Shown here: positions 53,898-62,104 of the stretch, in pieces | Position numbering within the stretch: position 1 is the stretch's first letter | Layout of the letters: each line of letters begins with the position of its first letter | IMG/VR virus record: IMGVR_UViG_3300031718_000005 | Location: 4,280-68,279 of that record | Source of the DNA: a virus | Length of the DNA stretch: 64,000 bases | Direction: 5' to 3' (one strand) | Translations under genes and position numbers: made by a program | Notes under the pieces: model-generated | The model's database searches: none | Told to the model about the DNA's origin: nothing | Seen by the model: the letters and a program-made list of their open reading frames with translations, nothing else

Positions 53898-54062
53898 ATG
53901 GCAGGAGCAAACAATCCAGAGATTCACGTGTACATGACGCCAGCGCTTTATAAGCGGGTTAAGGCGGCGGCGAAAGAGGACCGGAGAAGCCTAACCACAT
54001 TCATAGTTATGGCCCTGGAAGAAAAGTTGGCGCGAGTGCCGAAAGGTAAGCAAGCGGCATGA
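53898..54062 (+). CDS. 54-aa ribbon-helix-helix (CopG/Arc-like) protein
   Basis: Read by eye: MAGANNPEIHVYMTPALYKRVKAAAKEDRRSLTTFIVMALEEKLARV.... ATGA-coupled to the next gene. Confidence 0.5.
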   Translation: MAGANNPEIHVYMTPALYKRVKAAAKEDRRSLTTFIVMALEEKLARVPKGKQAA

Positions 54063-54271
54063 TGAAGATCGAACCGGGCAAAGCAGTACGGATCACGATG
54101 AAGCGCGGCAAGATTAGCAAGAAGTTGCTGGTAACTGAAGTGGTTATTCCGTGCGTCGGCGACGAAGTGACTTGGGATGGCGATAGCTGGTTTATCACCA
54201 AGGCCAAGGAAGAGAAGATTCTAGCTGCGTTTCGGCCTGTAGGCAAGAAACTTAAGCAGGTATTCCCATAA
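54059..54271 (+). CDS. hypothetical protein
   Basis: 70 aa. Confidence 0.5.
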   Translation: MMKIEPGKAVRITMKRGKISKKLLVTEVVIPCVGDEVTWDGDSWFITKAKEEKILAAFRPVGKKLKQVFP

Positions 54272-54272
54272 G

Positions 54273-54560
54273 ATGAGTTCCTGCCTCTGCGAACGCTACC
54301 AAGACCTGCTGGCCCAATGGCCGAAAGAGGACCGGCGCGGCGTAGACCTCGGAGCACGCACTTGGATCTCGCTGATCGACATCGGCGAGATAACAGAAGA
54401 GAACATCGGTGAAGTGTTTGAAGGGCTGGAGCGCTGGAAAGGCTCGGAGCAGTGGCGCAAGGGCTATATTCCGGCGATCAGCAACATGGACGGCAAGGGC
54501 TGGTTGCAGTTGAGGGCGTGGAAGGATTGGCCGAAGCAGGCGGAAAAGGAGCGATGGTGA
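54273..54560 (+). CDS. hypothetical Trp-rich protein
   Basis: 95 aa. Confidence 0.5.
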   Translation: MSSCLCERYQDLLAQWPKEDRRGVDLGARTWISLIDIGEITEENIGEVFEGLERWKGSEQWRKGYIPAISNMDGKGWLQLRAWKDWPKQAEKERW

Positions 54561-54883
54561 TGCCGAAACGAATTCAGCGCAAGCGCTTGAAAGGCTATAG
54601 AATGCCGGAAGGTGCGGTATACGTAGGTCGCCCGACAAAATGGGGCAATCCATTCAGGGTAGGATTGCTGGCTTGTTTTTGCCGCTCTGCCGGGGAATGC
54701 CAACACAATGCACTTAGACGCGAAACGGCGGCTGAGGCGGCGCAGTCATACCGTGAACTTCCGCGCAGTCGCTTTAGGCTGGAAGAGATTCGCCGGGAGC
54801 TTCGCGGCAAAGACCTCGCCTGTTGGTGCCCACTGGATGAGCCTTGTCATGCGGATGTGCTGCTGGAAATCGCCAATGGCTGA
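54560..54883 (+). CDS. DUF4326-family protein
   Basis: VYVGRPTKWGNPF and LRGKDLACWCPLDEPCHADVLLEIAN match the DUF4326 signature as recalled. Confidence 0.7.
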   Translation: MPKRIQRKRLKGYRMPEGAVYVGRPTKWGNPFRVGLLACFCRSAGECQHNALRRETAAEAAQSYRELPRSRFRLEEIRRELRGKDLACWCPLDEPCHADVLLEIANG

Positions 54884-55256
54884 CAAACTCACCCAAGCGC
54901 ACCTGAAGAAGCAGGTAGCACGCCTGAAGGTTCTGCCGCGTGGCGATGAGAGGCCCTGGGGGACCGATAAAGAACCAGGGTTGCGCGAGGAGCTTCTGCG
55001 GGTGCTTTGGCAACAGGCGGCATCGGACGAACACGCCACTAGAATCATCGACCACCTGATGGACGGTGCGGAGTTTTGCCCTACGCCTGCGGAGCTAATG
55101 GCGGCGGCTCAGGAGGTTCCCGAACGGCTGGGGATGCTGAGAGAGGCAGACGCCCAGTGCGTCAACTGTGGCGGCTCGGGATGGAAGAGAACGCAGGTGG
55201 GAAGCTATAGCGGAGTTAAGCGGTGCGAATGCACGTTAAAGGAGGTATCTCAATGA
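54876..55256 (+). CDS. hypothetical protein with C-terminal CxxCGGSG...CEC
   Basis: 126 aa from an internal ATG. Confidence 0.5.
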   Translation: MADKLTQAHLKKQVARLKVLPRGDERPWGTDKEPGLREELLRVLWQQAASDEHATRIIDHLMDGAEFCPTPAELMAAAQEVPERLGMLREADAQCVNCGGSGWKRTQVGSYSGVKRCECTLKEVSQ

Positions 55257-55672
55257 GCAGAATCAATATTACCTACGACGAGGATTATCCAGGGCAGTTT
55301 GAATTATGGCAGGCCAACTGTCGGCGCTCTCTGCAAGGAAAGACGGGCCAAAAGGAACTCCGCGCTTTGCGGGATGCGCTACTAGCTTTGCCCGACAAGC
55401 GGCTTATCCACGGTTCGCTAGTGGATGAAGACGGCGAAGTGTGCGCGGTCGGAGCCTATGCGCGGCATAAGGGTCTTGACCTGCAAAAGTTCGATCCAGA
55501 AGACAATACCGATGACGTAGGCATCGAAGCGGGGATGCCCACGCTGGTTGCTTGGAAAGTTGTAGAGATGAACGACGACTATTTGTCGCGCCATCTGACG
55601 CCGGAGCAGCGATACGAGAAGATGCTGGAATGGGTGAATGGCCAAATTTCGTCTGAGGTTGTGGCTGGATGA
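55253..55672 (+). CDS. hypothetical protein
   Basis: 139 aa with AAAGGAGG RBS, ATGA-coupled. Confidence 0.6.
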   Translation: MSRINITYDEDYPGQFELWQANCRRSLQGKTGQKELRALRDALLALPDKRLIHGSLVDEDGEVCAVGAYARHKGLDLQKFDPEDNTDDVGIEAGMPTLVAWKVVEMNDDYLSRHLTPEQRYEKMLEWVNGQISSEVVAG

Positions 55673-55685
55673 TTAACCGAGGGGA

Positions 55686-55925
55686 ATGCTCTCTGAAGAA
55701 AGCGGTATACCGATGAGTGCCGATTTAGACGCGCGTAGGTTTCGGTGGGTAGAGAATCGTAAAGCGCTATGTGAATGGAAACATTCTATTCAGCATCCGG
55801 ACGGTAGTTCTTTTCCGGGCTGCATTGTCGCTACCGAAACGGGCGCGGCTGCCGGTCCAACGCTGAGGGCGGCAATAGACCGGGCGATGCGCGAAATACC
55901 GACTCCGGAAGCGTTTGAATTGTAG
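55686..55925 (+). CDS. hypothetical protein
   Basis: 79 aa. Confidence 0.45.
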   Translation: MLSEESGIPMSADLDARRFRWVENRKALCEWKHSIQHPDGSSFPGCIVATETGAAAGPTLRAAIDRAMREIPTPEAFEL

Positions 55926-55966
55926 ATGGCCGCGATACACACTGAAGACGAGAAAGCGGTGCAGCG

Positions 55967-56200
55967 ATGAGCGAAACAGATCTACTAGACCGCGCCGAGC
56001 GGCTGCTGGATTCGTATTCCTTCATGACTCAGATTAAAGCGCGGGATGTTCGCATCAAGACCTTAGAGAACACGCTACAGAAGATAATCGAACACGAGCA
56101 TGCCCTTGCTTGCAAATATTCAGTAGGAGAGCAATCATGGATGGAAGCGGCACGCCGTGCTCACGGTGGCTACGCCGCCCTGGACAAGAAAGCCAAGTGA
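55967..56200 (+). CDS. hypothetical helical protein
   Basis: 77 aa, the last confident gene of the rightward operon. Confidence 0.5.
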   Translation: MSETDLLDRAERLLDSYSFMTQIKARDVRIKTLENTLQKIIEHEHALACKYSVGEQSWMEAARRAHGGYAALDKKAK

Positions 56201-56437
56201 AACAAGAACTGGAAGAACATGCACGAGAGATGCGGTCACGCCCAGGTGGAACAAAGCAGGGCCGAAGGCTAGATCCGCGCATCTACCGGCGCGAAATACA
56301 ACCTACAGTTTATCGCTGTGGATTCGACCCAAATGGCAAAAGCCTGAAAACTGTAGTGGATCACTGGGAACATTGCCACTCGCGCCAATGTCGTGAGTCC
56401 AACGCAAACTACAAGCGGTTTAAATTTCAGATCAAGC

Positions 56438-56656
56438 TCAAGTACGGGAATTTAGTTTCTCGCGGCGTGCTTCGAGTGCGGCTAGCTTCATGCCAGCTTC
56501 AATCACAGCCAAGTATGGCACGGCGAATGCGGTACGACGCCCCTTCTGTCGGATTAGGAGCTCGTATGGTTCAAGCGTGACGATCAGCGGTTTCCCACGG
56601 TAGACGGCGCTGGTTTCGGCACGGGATACGGTTTTTCTTTCAGCTAGGCGAGTCAT
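56438..56656 (-). CDS. hypothetical protein
   Basis: 72 aa from an internal ATG, ATGA-coupled. Confidence 0.5.
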   Translation of the reverse strand: MTRLAERKTVSRAETSAVYRGKPLIVTLEPYELLIRQKGRRTAFAVPYLAVIEAGMKLAALEARREKLNSRT

Positions 56657-56868
56657 GATTGCACCTCGCATGCTGGGCATGGCCTGCCGTTTGGTGCTTC
56701 GATAATCGTCTCAGGTGTGTACGGAACACCAGCGGTAGACTCGCGCATTCTACGGATGACAATGTGGCCGCAACCCGTGCGAACCTTGTATGGCTGCGTG
56801 GAACCGACCATAAAAGTATCGGCCAACAGTTCGCGCATGAAGCGGTCAGAAGGTAGGTTGTCAGGCAT
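56653..56868 (-). CDS. hypothetical protein
   Basis: 71 aa with a CGH...CPAC cluster. Confidence 0.5.
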   Translation of the reverse strand: MPDNLPSDRFMRELLADTFMVGSTQPYKVRTGCGHIVIRRMRESTAGVPYTPETIIEAPNGRPCPACEVQS

Positions 56869-57187
56869 GTTGGTTTACCCTCATCGTGCCGAGAGTCGTA
56901 TACAGCCCGGTAACGTCGGTAAAAAAGCGCTGGAGATCGTCAAAGTACACATCATCGAGCGTACGCACTGGAACCGCTTCCATGTTGCGGCAGCGGAGGA
57001 ATTCCATTGTGTAGGTGTCGGACGGCTCCAGCGTGATTCGCAAGTGTGAAGCTCCGGCACTATTGCGCCTGAGTTTCATGGTTAGCGCATTCTCCGAGCC
57101 GATCAGGTTGTAACTTCCGGTCATTGCGAGAAAACGCCTTCCGCCTAACTGTTCCAGAATCGTATTAGCAACTTGTAGATCAGCCAT
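56861..57187 (-). CDS. hypothetical protein (ILEQLGG..F..MTG type)
   Basis: 108 aa from the ATG behind GGAGGTG. I associate this pattern with plasmid and phage accessory genes. Confidence 0.55.
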   Translation of the reverse strand: MADLQVANTILEQLGGRRFLAMTGSYNLIGSENALTMKLRRNSAGASHLRITLEPSDTYTMEFLRCRNMEAVPVRTLDDVYFDDLQRFFTDVTGLYTTLGTMRVNQHA

Positions 57188-57189
57188 GT

Positions 57190-58002
57190 TTAGTTCACCT
57201 CCACTTCGCCAGCTAGTTCTTGAGCCTTGGCGATTGTGCCGGAGTTGCGGTAGGCCTGCCACGCGCCGATAGTTGGCGACCAGCGGAAGCCGGAAGACTT
57301 TAGCGAAGTACGAACCTCGGCAGATGGCTTGCCGGGGAAGAACAGCCTTACGCGGTTATCAGCGGGGCAATCCTCAAGGCGTGCGTTGCTCCGCTCGGTA
57401 ACTGTTTCTTCCGTGGCTTGATTGCGCGAGACTCCCTCTAGCCGTAGCTTCATGCGCCGAATGTTCGCGTTGTTGTTGATTAGCTCGTAATCGGCAAAGC
57501 CAATGCGTCCGCAGAAGTCAGGCTCTAACAGTTTGCGTGCGATCGCGTCCGGTAGGCCAAAGGCCATTATTGCGGTGACTTGAGCCTCGATTCCAGCGGC
57601 CTTATGCTTGCGAATAGCCGCGTTTACACCGCGCATTTGCTCCTGGTGCTTTTCGGCCTTGGAGATCTTTTCGCGCAAGCGCTGCGTTGCGTCCGAGTCG
57701 CCCGACATGATCGGCCTGAGTTCGGGATGCAGCGCCTTACGCATCGCTGCTTTGGCACGTCCCAAGAAATCCAACAGGTCTTCCCGGCGCTTATCAACAA
57801 CCCTATTACGTTTCTCCATCCGTCGCGATGGGAAGTTTGAAGGACCGGCAATTATGACACTGTAGGTTCGCGACTGGCTCGCGAGATAAGCCCGATACCG
57901 CTTGGCGTACCCATCGCGGAAACGTGCGAACTCTTCATTAAGCGTGGCCTGTTTCTCTGGTGTGGTCGCATCGGCTAGAAGCTCGGCATAGATCCCGACC
58001 AT
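57190..58002 (-). CDS. DUF3560-like protein
   Basis: 270 aa. C-terminal LFFPGKPSAEVRTSLKSSGFRWSPTIGAWQAY resembles the DUF3560 module as recalled. Confidence 0.45.
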   Translation of the reverse strand: MVGIYAELLADATTPEKQATLNEEFARFRDGYAKRYRAYLASQSRTYSVIIAGPSNFPSRRMEKRNRVVDKRREDLLDFLGRAKAAMRKALHPELRPIMSGDSDATQRLREKISKAEKHQEQMRGVNAAIRKHKAAGIEAQVTAIMAFGLPDAIARKLLEPDFCGRIGFADYELINNNANIRRMKLRLEGVSRNQATEETVTERSNARLEDCPADNRVRLFFPGKPSAEVRTSLKSSGFRWSPTIGAWQAYRNSGTIAKAQELAGEVEVN

Positions 58003-58035
58003 AGTTTCAGCGTATCCAGCACGCGAAATCGTTCA

Positions 58036-58151
58036 TAATGAGAGTAGACATTAAAAGCTCCATTCTTTGAGTGGTTACGGGCCTGTGTTGGCGCTAACCA
58101 GCACTCGCCCGGTGTTTACCGGTTTAGGCTTTCGCCAAAGTCTTACGGTTC
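58036..58151. repeat. gene-junction segment, copy 1
   Basis: 58109-58151 matches 60164-60206 at 39 of 43 positions. AGTAGACATT.A.A..CTCCA at 58047-58066 matches 60091-60110. Confidence 0.75.
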
Positions 58152-58321
58152 TCCACGAGCCGCGAGGCTTCGATCCACACTTGACCGCAACCGGCGACTG
58201 GCTCGACAAGCAGGCGGAAGCGCCCGTAGCTCGTCTTAGTCTCGATTACCTTGCAGTCGATTATGAATACTCCAGCTTTCACCAACACCAGATCGCCAGC
58301 GGTGTGTTGTGTGTTGCTCAT
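58124..58321 (-). CDS. hypothetical protein ending LVENRKTLAKA
   Basis: 65 aa, ATGA-coupled. Its C-terminal 11 aa are shared with the T5orf172 protein. Confidence 0.5.
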   Translation of the reverse strand: MSNTQHTAGDLVLVKAGVFIIDCKVIETKTSYGRFRLLVEPVAGCGQVWIEASRLVENRKTLAKA

Positions 58322-58458
58322 AGAAGCGGCTCCGCAAGTTTGTTAAGCTTGTAGCAGGCACGGGTAACGTCGGCAATGATAAAGTCGCGCATGGAGCGGT
58401 TACCGGCATCTGTAGCGGCGGCGTGGACTAGGCGGTATGTTGGTTTGATCGTGTTCAT
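58318..58458 (-). CDS. 46-aa ORF
   Basis: Read by eye: MNTIKPTYRLVHAAATDAGNRSMRDFIIADVTRACYKLNKLAEPLL. ATGA overlaps at both ends. Confidence 0.4.
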   Translation of the reverse strand: MNTIKPTYRLVHAAATDAGNRSMRDFIIADVTRACYKLNKLAEPLL

Positions 58459-58862
58459 GCGGACACCTCGACCACGGCAACCAAGCTCTTGATATTATTC
58501 AATTCTCTTTTGGCCAAGCGCATGACGGCCTTAATTGCGCTCTGTGGAGTCCTTCCGTCACCAACCCACCTGCCGCCAGGAAAATCTCTGGATTCACTCA
58601 AGAAAGCGTGGTAGCCCAAACCGCATGGATCGAGCGGGTAAACCTTGAGGTGGCCGGTTGAGTCGGTAGCGCCGTAGTGCCAGCCAATATTTTCCCACAC
58701 ACGCGCTACCCAACCTTTGCCCAGCGATTTAACCAACGCGGCGGCATCGGCACTGGCCTGCTGGTATTCAGCCCATGTACAGTCACCACCGCAAGCGGGA
58801 GCGCAGTAAATCTTGCCTCGCCTGACAGCGTTCCAGGATAACTCTGTTCGTTTGCTTTTCAT
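58455..58862 (-). CDS. hypothetical protein
   Basis: 135 aa, Trp/Gly-rich, with CAPACGGDC. Confidence 0.55.
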   Translation of the reverse strand: MKSKRTELSWNAVRRGKIYCAPACGGDCTWAEYQQASADAAALVKSLGKGWVARVWENIGWHYGATDSTGHLKVYPLDPCGLGYHAFLSESRDFPGGRWVGDGRTPQSAIKAVMRLAKRELNNIKSLVAVVEVSA

Positions 58863-58903
58863 CTCAGTTTCCTTTCGTTAGTTGATTAGTGCTCTGCTTG
58901 CCT

Positions 58904-59827
58904 TCATAAATTCCTTACGATCTCATCCCAGTTATCCGAAACCTGTTCGAGTCGTGCCTTGGCGTCGTTCTCGCGCTCCACGGCTGCTTCCCAAGCCTCT
59001 ACGTCGCGCAGGGCGAACACCTCGTCACGAATCAGCGTGTTCAGCACAGAAGGTTCCAGGGCGTCTAGTTCCCACGATTCGTCGCCATACTCGTTGATGT
59101 ACCCAGCAGCGCGGCTATCGGTGATCTTCGCCGGATTCGGCGGCGGTTCGTACTCGCGCACCTGGTTCATGTTGAGCGCGATACGGTTGATGACCTTGCC
59201 AACCTTGCGCGGGCTGATACCGTTCAGGTGATGACGAATGAACAGCGAAACGCGATCCTCAATATCGCGCGTCATGTCGATGCCGCTAGGATCGTGGTCG
59301 CCAAGGTGGATGATATTAACCCGCTTGCCTTGCTGTACTTTCTTCAGCAGGCGCATACCGGCGACCCACATTTCAGATTGCGAAGTGTAGCCACGGCAGG
59401 AGAAGTACGGAACGTCGAGCGGTTCGCAGGCGACTTGCAGCACGCCCACAAGCGCATCTTTTTCAACCCACACCTCGACGTAGTTGGTTTGCGTGCTCCA
59501 CTTGTCATGCTGGAACTGCGAAGCGCAGGCGGCAACAATATCTTTCGGCGAATCCCAATGAGCGTTCTTACGCAGGTTTCGCGTACGGTCTGTGATGTGG
59601 TCCCAATCAACCAATCCGGCGAGACGCGCATCGTTGATGGTCGAACCGAGACGCTTATACTCAGAGTCTTTGTTGGCAATCAACCCACGGCTGACGAACT
59701 GGTAGTAAAGCTGACGAAGCGTCAGGTCGTAGCCTTGCGCTGCGTACTCTTCGAGAATGCGGTTCGCCGTCTCAATCGTTTTGAGCGATGCCGCGTTAAA
59801 AGCGTGCTCAATGTAGCAGATTTTCAT
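58904..59827 (-). CDS. stand-alone Topo VI subunit A / Spo11-like protein (Mini-A type)
   Basis: 307 aa. LTLRQLYYQF (5Y-CAP Tyr motif), VWVEKDAL (Toprim Glu) and LGDHDPSGIDM (Toprim DxD). Confidence 0.6.
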   Translation of the reverse strand: MKICYIEHAFNAASLKTIETANRILEEYAAQGYDLTLRQLYYQFVSRGLIANKDSEYKRLGSTINDARLAGLVDWDHITDRTRNLRKNAHWDSPKDIVAACASQFQHDKWSTQTNYVEVWVEKDALVGVLQVACEPLDVPYFSCRGYTSQSEMWVAGMRLLKKVQQGKRVNIIHLGDHDPSGIDMTRDIEDRVSLFIRHHLNGISPRKVGKVINRIALNMNQVREYEPPPNPAKITDSRAAGYINEYGDESWELDALEPSVLNTLIRDEVFALRDVEAWEAAVERENDAKARLEQVSDNWDEIVRNL

Positions 59828-59854
59828 ACTACCTCCCCAGCTTTGAGAATCTTG

Positions 59855-60099
59855 TCAGCAGCACAACTGGATGGCCTTCTCGCCCTTCTTGACGAATCGC
59901 CCTAATTCCTTCCAGTGCATGAAAGTGCCGATAGGTCCGAGCGGGATGTTTCGCGCATCACATTGCGTCAATGGCTAAGACTTGGTTACCAAAGCTGTAA
60001 TTGTGAAACCGCGCATACGCCGCTGACAGCTTGCCGGGTTCGCTGACGACTTGCTCTAGCAATTTTTGTCCAATTCGAGTTAGTATTTTCAGTAGACAT
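59855..60099 (-). pseudogene. frameshifted, truncated ArdC-N-like (ssDNA-binding antirestriction domain) remnant
   Basis: Two frames together read ...FHNYSFGNQVLAI / QCDARNIPLGPIGTFMHWKELGRFVKKGEKAIQLCC-stop. The ATG frame stops after 37 aa. Confidence 0.45.
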
Positions 60100-60206
60100 T
60101 GAATCCTCCATCGATTCGTGTTAAGGAACTAGCTCCGGTGCGACCCGCGAGTCAGTTCCGGTTACGGTTTAGGCTTTCGCCAAAGTCTTGCTGTTCTCCA
60201 CGAGCC
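60085..60206. repeat. gene-junction segment, copy 2
   Basis: See 58036-58151. Confidence 0.75.
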
Positions 60207-60657
60207 AGTTTCTAAAGAACACGTCTCGATCATCGGCGATACGAACGCCGTCGATAAATTTCTTAACTGCGCCTTCGATGCGAAACCATTCGCCAACAGC
60301 GCAATACGAGGAAAAGACGCGGTGTACTTTGCCTTCATCGGCTGAGGAAGCGGCACACCACATGAGATCACTAAAGCGCAGCGGGGAAGGCAATTCCTTG
60401 GGAATTTTGCCCAAAGACAAGGAACCTAACCGCTTTGCCGGATCGTTGCTGAATCCGATCTTAACGAATGGTCCAGAGGTAGCGAAGTACACGAAACCTT
60501 CGCGAATCTTAGGCTTTCTTCCGTCCTTATTCCAGTATGGTGAGCCACACCGAGGACAACGCAACGGCTCGACGGCTTCGCGCAACATCCAAACGTGTTG
60601 GCAGCGCAAACAGGTACGCTTCAGGGTTTCTAGGGCGCTTGTGAGGGATTCAGTCAT
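60169..60657 (-). CDS. T5orf172 (GIY-YIG-related) domain protein with N-terminal zinc ribbon
   Basis: CLRCQH...CPRCGSPYW, then GFVYFATSGPFVKIGFSNDPAKRLGSL. Confidence 0.65.
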   Translation of the reverse strand: MTESLTSALETLKRTCLRCQHVWMLREAVEPLRCPRCGSPYWNKDGRKPKIREGFVYFATSGPFVKIGFSNDPAKRLGSLSLGKIPKELPSPLRFSDLMWCAASSADEGKVHRVFSSYCAVGEWFRIEGAVKKFIDGVRIADDRDVFFRNWLVENSKTLAKA

Positions 60658-60850
60658 ACCTCACAAAGCTCCAAAGCTCCAAACTAGCGATTACACGCCT
60701 GGCAGCTACGCATTCACGCATATCGACCGCAACGCTGTAAACACCACTCGCGCCGCGCGTATCGGTCTTTGTAACAAAACCGGCAACCGATAGAGCGTTA
60801 ACCACCCGGAGCACCACGAGCCAGCGACCGTCTGAGAATATTGTCTTCAT
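60650..60850 (-). CDS. hypothetical protein, first cistron of the operon
   Basis: 66 aa. The ATG lies 6 nt after a -10-like hexamer. Confidence 0.45.
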   Translation of the reverse strand: MKTIFSDGRWLVVLRVVNALSVAGFVTKTDTRGASGVYSVAVDMRECVAARRVIASLELWSFVRYD

Positions 60851-60856
60851 ATATAC

Positions 60857-60885
60857 ACCTTATCATTACGCTGTAACACTGTCAA
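60857..60885 (-). promoter_or_regulatory. sigma70-like promoter
   Basis: Minus strand: TTGACA, 17 nt, TAAGGT, then 6 nt to the ATG at 60850. Confidence 0.45.
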
Positions 60886-61423
60886 GCACAATCTCGCATA
60901 AATATCGCTGCGCGCCACCAAACCGCTGATTACAAACCAAATATAGTTTCAAATAGCCGCAAACCGCGTGTTTCGAGCGCGCCACGCAAGTAATTCTACT
61001 TGACACCACCACTAAACGTAATGAATACTAAGGCGTTACCACGCACACACGCCGCGCGTCACGGTTGCACCACTGGCGTCCAGCGCAGCAATCCCGCGCA
61101 TCACTCCCACCTGTGTCCCAAAACCAACTGACAGCCACTCTTAGCGTTACAGCGGTCCCGGTACGTATACTTTCCCGCACTAACCAGCTCCTCAGCAAAA
61201 TATCGCCACGTCACGCACTCGAGCTGGCAATACGCTATCCAGGGCGTTACGAATGGGGCGGCAATAAACGTCGTGTCCGCTATATGCGCGACCGGCTCGA
61301 TACTTCCCCAGTCTGCCTTGCCATTCGTGACGACTCCTGCTGGCGTTCGTCTCAAGCTGCTGTCTGCGCACCAGGTCCAGGATATTACGAGTCTCGCCTG
61401 TCGCAAGCCAGCGTCTAAAGCGT

Positions 61424-62104
61424 ATGCCTCAACTCCTCAACCCTCGCCACGAAGCTTTCGCCCAGCATGTCGCTATGGGCCTACCATACACGCAAGCTGC
61501 TAAACGCGCTGGTTACGCCCAATCAGTTGCTCACAACTCCGGTTCCCGCGTTCACAAGAATCCCAAGGTGCAAGCCCGCATCGAGGAGCTTAAAGCTTCC
61601 AAGTTCGCTATCGTCACTGGCACTGGCATCCGTACCAACATGGCCCGTGTTATCGCCATTGAGGACCGCTGGGCGCGTATGCGTATGATTATAAAGGAAC
61701 GCGCTGAGCATCCGTCCATGGAAGACGTGCCAGGTGGGCGCTCAGGGTTGCTCTGTGTAGACTACAAGACAGTTGGCTCAGGCGACATGGCGGTAATCAA
61801 GACTGTCTACAAGCTTGATGCTGCATTACTTAAGGCGTTACTTGAGCATGAAGAGAGAGCAGCAATCGAGTTAGGACAGCAGTCGATCCGTCACGAGACA
61901 TTCTCCAGTTCCGTGAGCCTGCGAGCGAATGGCAAGGAACTACACGGCACGATCGCCAGCCATCTTGACCAGTTGACCGAGGAACAGCGCAAGCTAGCGG
62001 CGCAGTTGATGCCGGGGTTGAAAGTGATGCTGAATGGCCACGGTGAGCCTACTGATAACAGCGATGTGATCGAAGCATCTGTTGAAAGCAAAGAAGATGA
62101 GTAG
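61424..62104 (+). CDS. terS: terminase small subunit (Terminase_2/P27-like)
   Basis: N-terminus LNPRHEAFAQHVAMGLPYTQAAKRAGYAQSVAHNSGSRVHKNPKVQARIEEL. Confidence 0.75.
   Translation: MPQLLNPRHEAFAQHVAMGLPYTQAAKRAGYAQSVAHNSGSRVHKNPKVQARIEELKASKFAIVTGTGIRTNMARVIAIEDRWARMRMIIKERAEHPSMEDVPGGRSGLLCVDYKTVGSGDMAVIKTVYKLDAALLKALLEHEERAAIELGQQSIRHETFSSSVSLRANGKELHGTIASHLDQLTEEQRKLAAQLMPGLKVMLNGHGEPTDNSDVIEASVESKEDE

Noticed and set aside
56197-56580. Plus-strand ORF continuing after 55967..56200 (part of track ORF 56110..56580)
   Set aside because: It has a GTGA-coupled start and a C..H.C..C cluster, so it may be real. However, its last roughly 140 nt overlap the convergent minus-strand gene 56438..56656, and this cannot be resolved by eye.
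60851-61423. Overlapping ORFs 61065..61418 (+) and 61101..61406 (-) in the terS upstream region
   Set aside because: Both use TTG starts. The region is C/A-rich on the plus strand, which slightly favours the minus ORF. There is no RBS or motif, so it is left unannotated.
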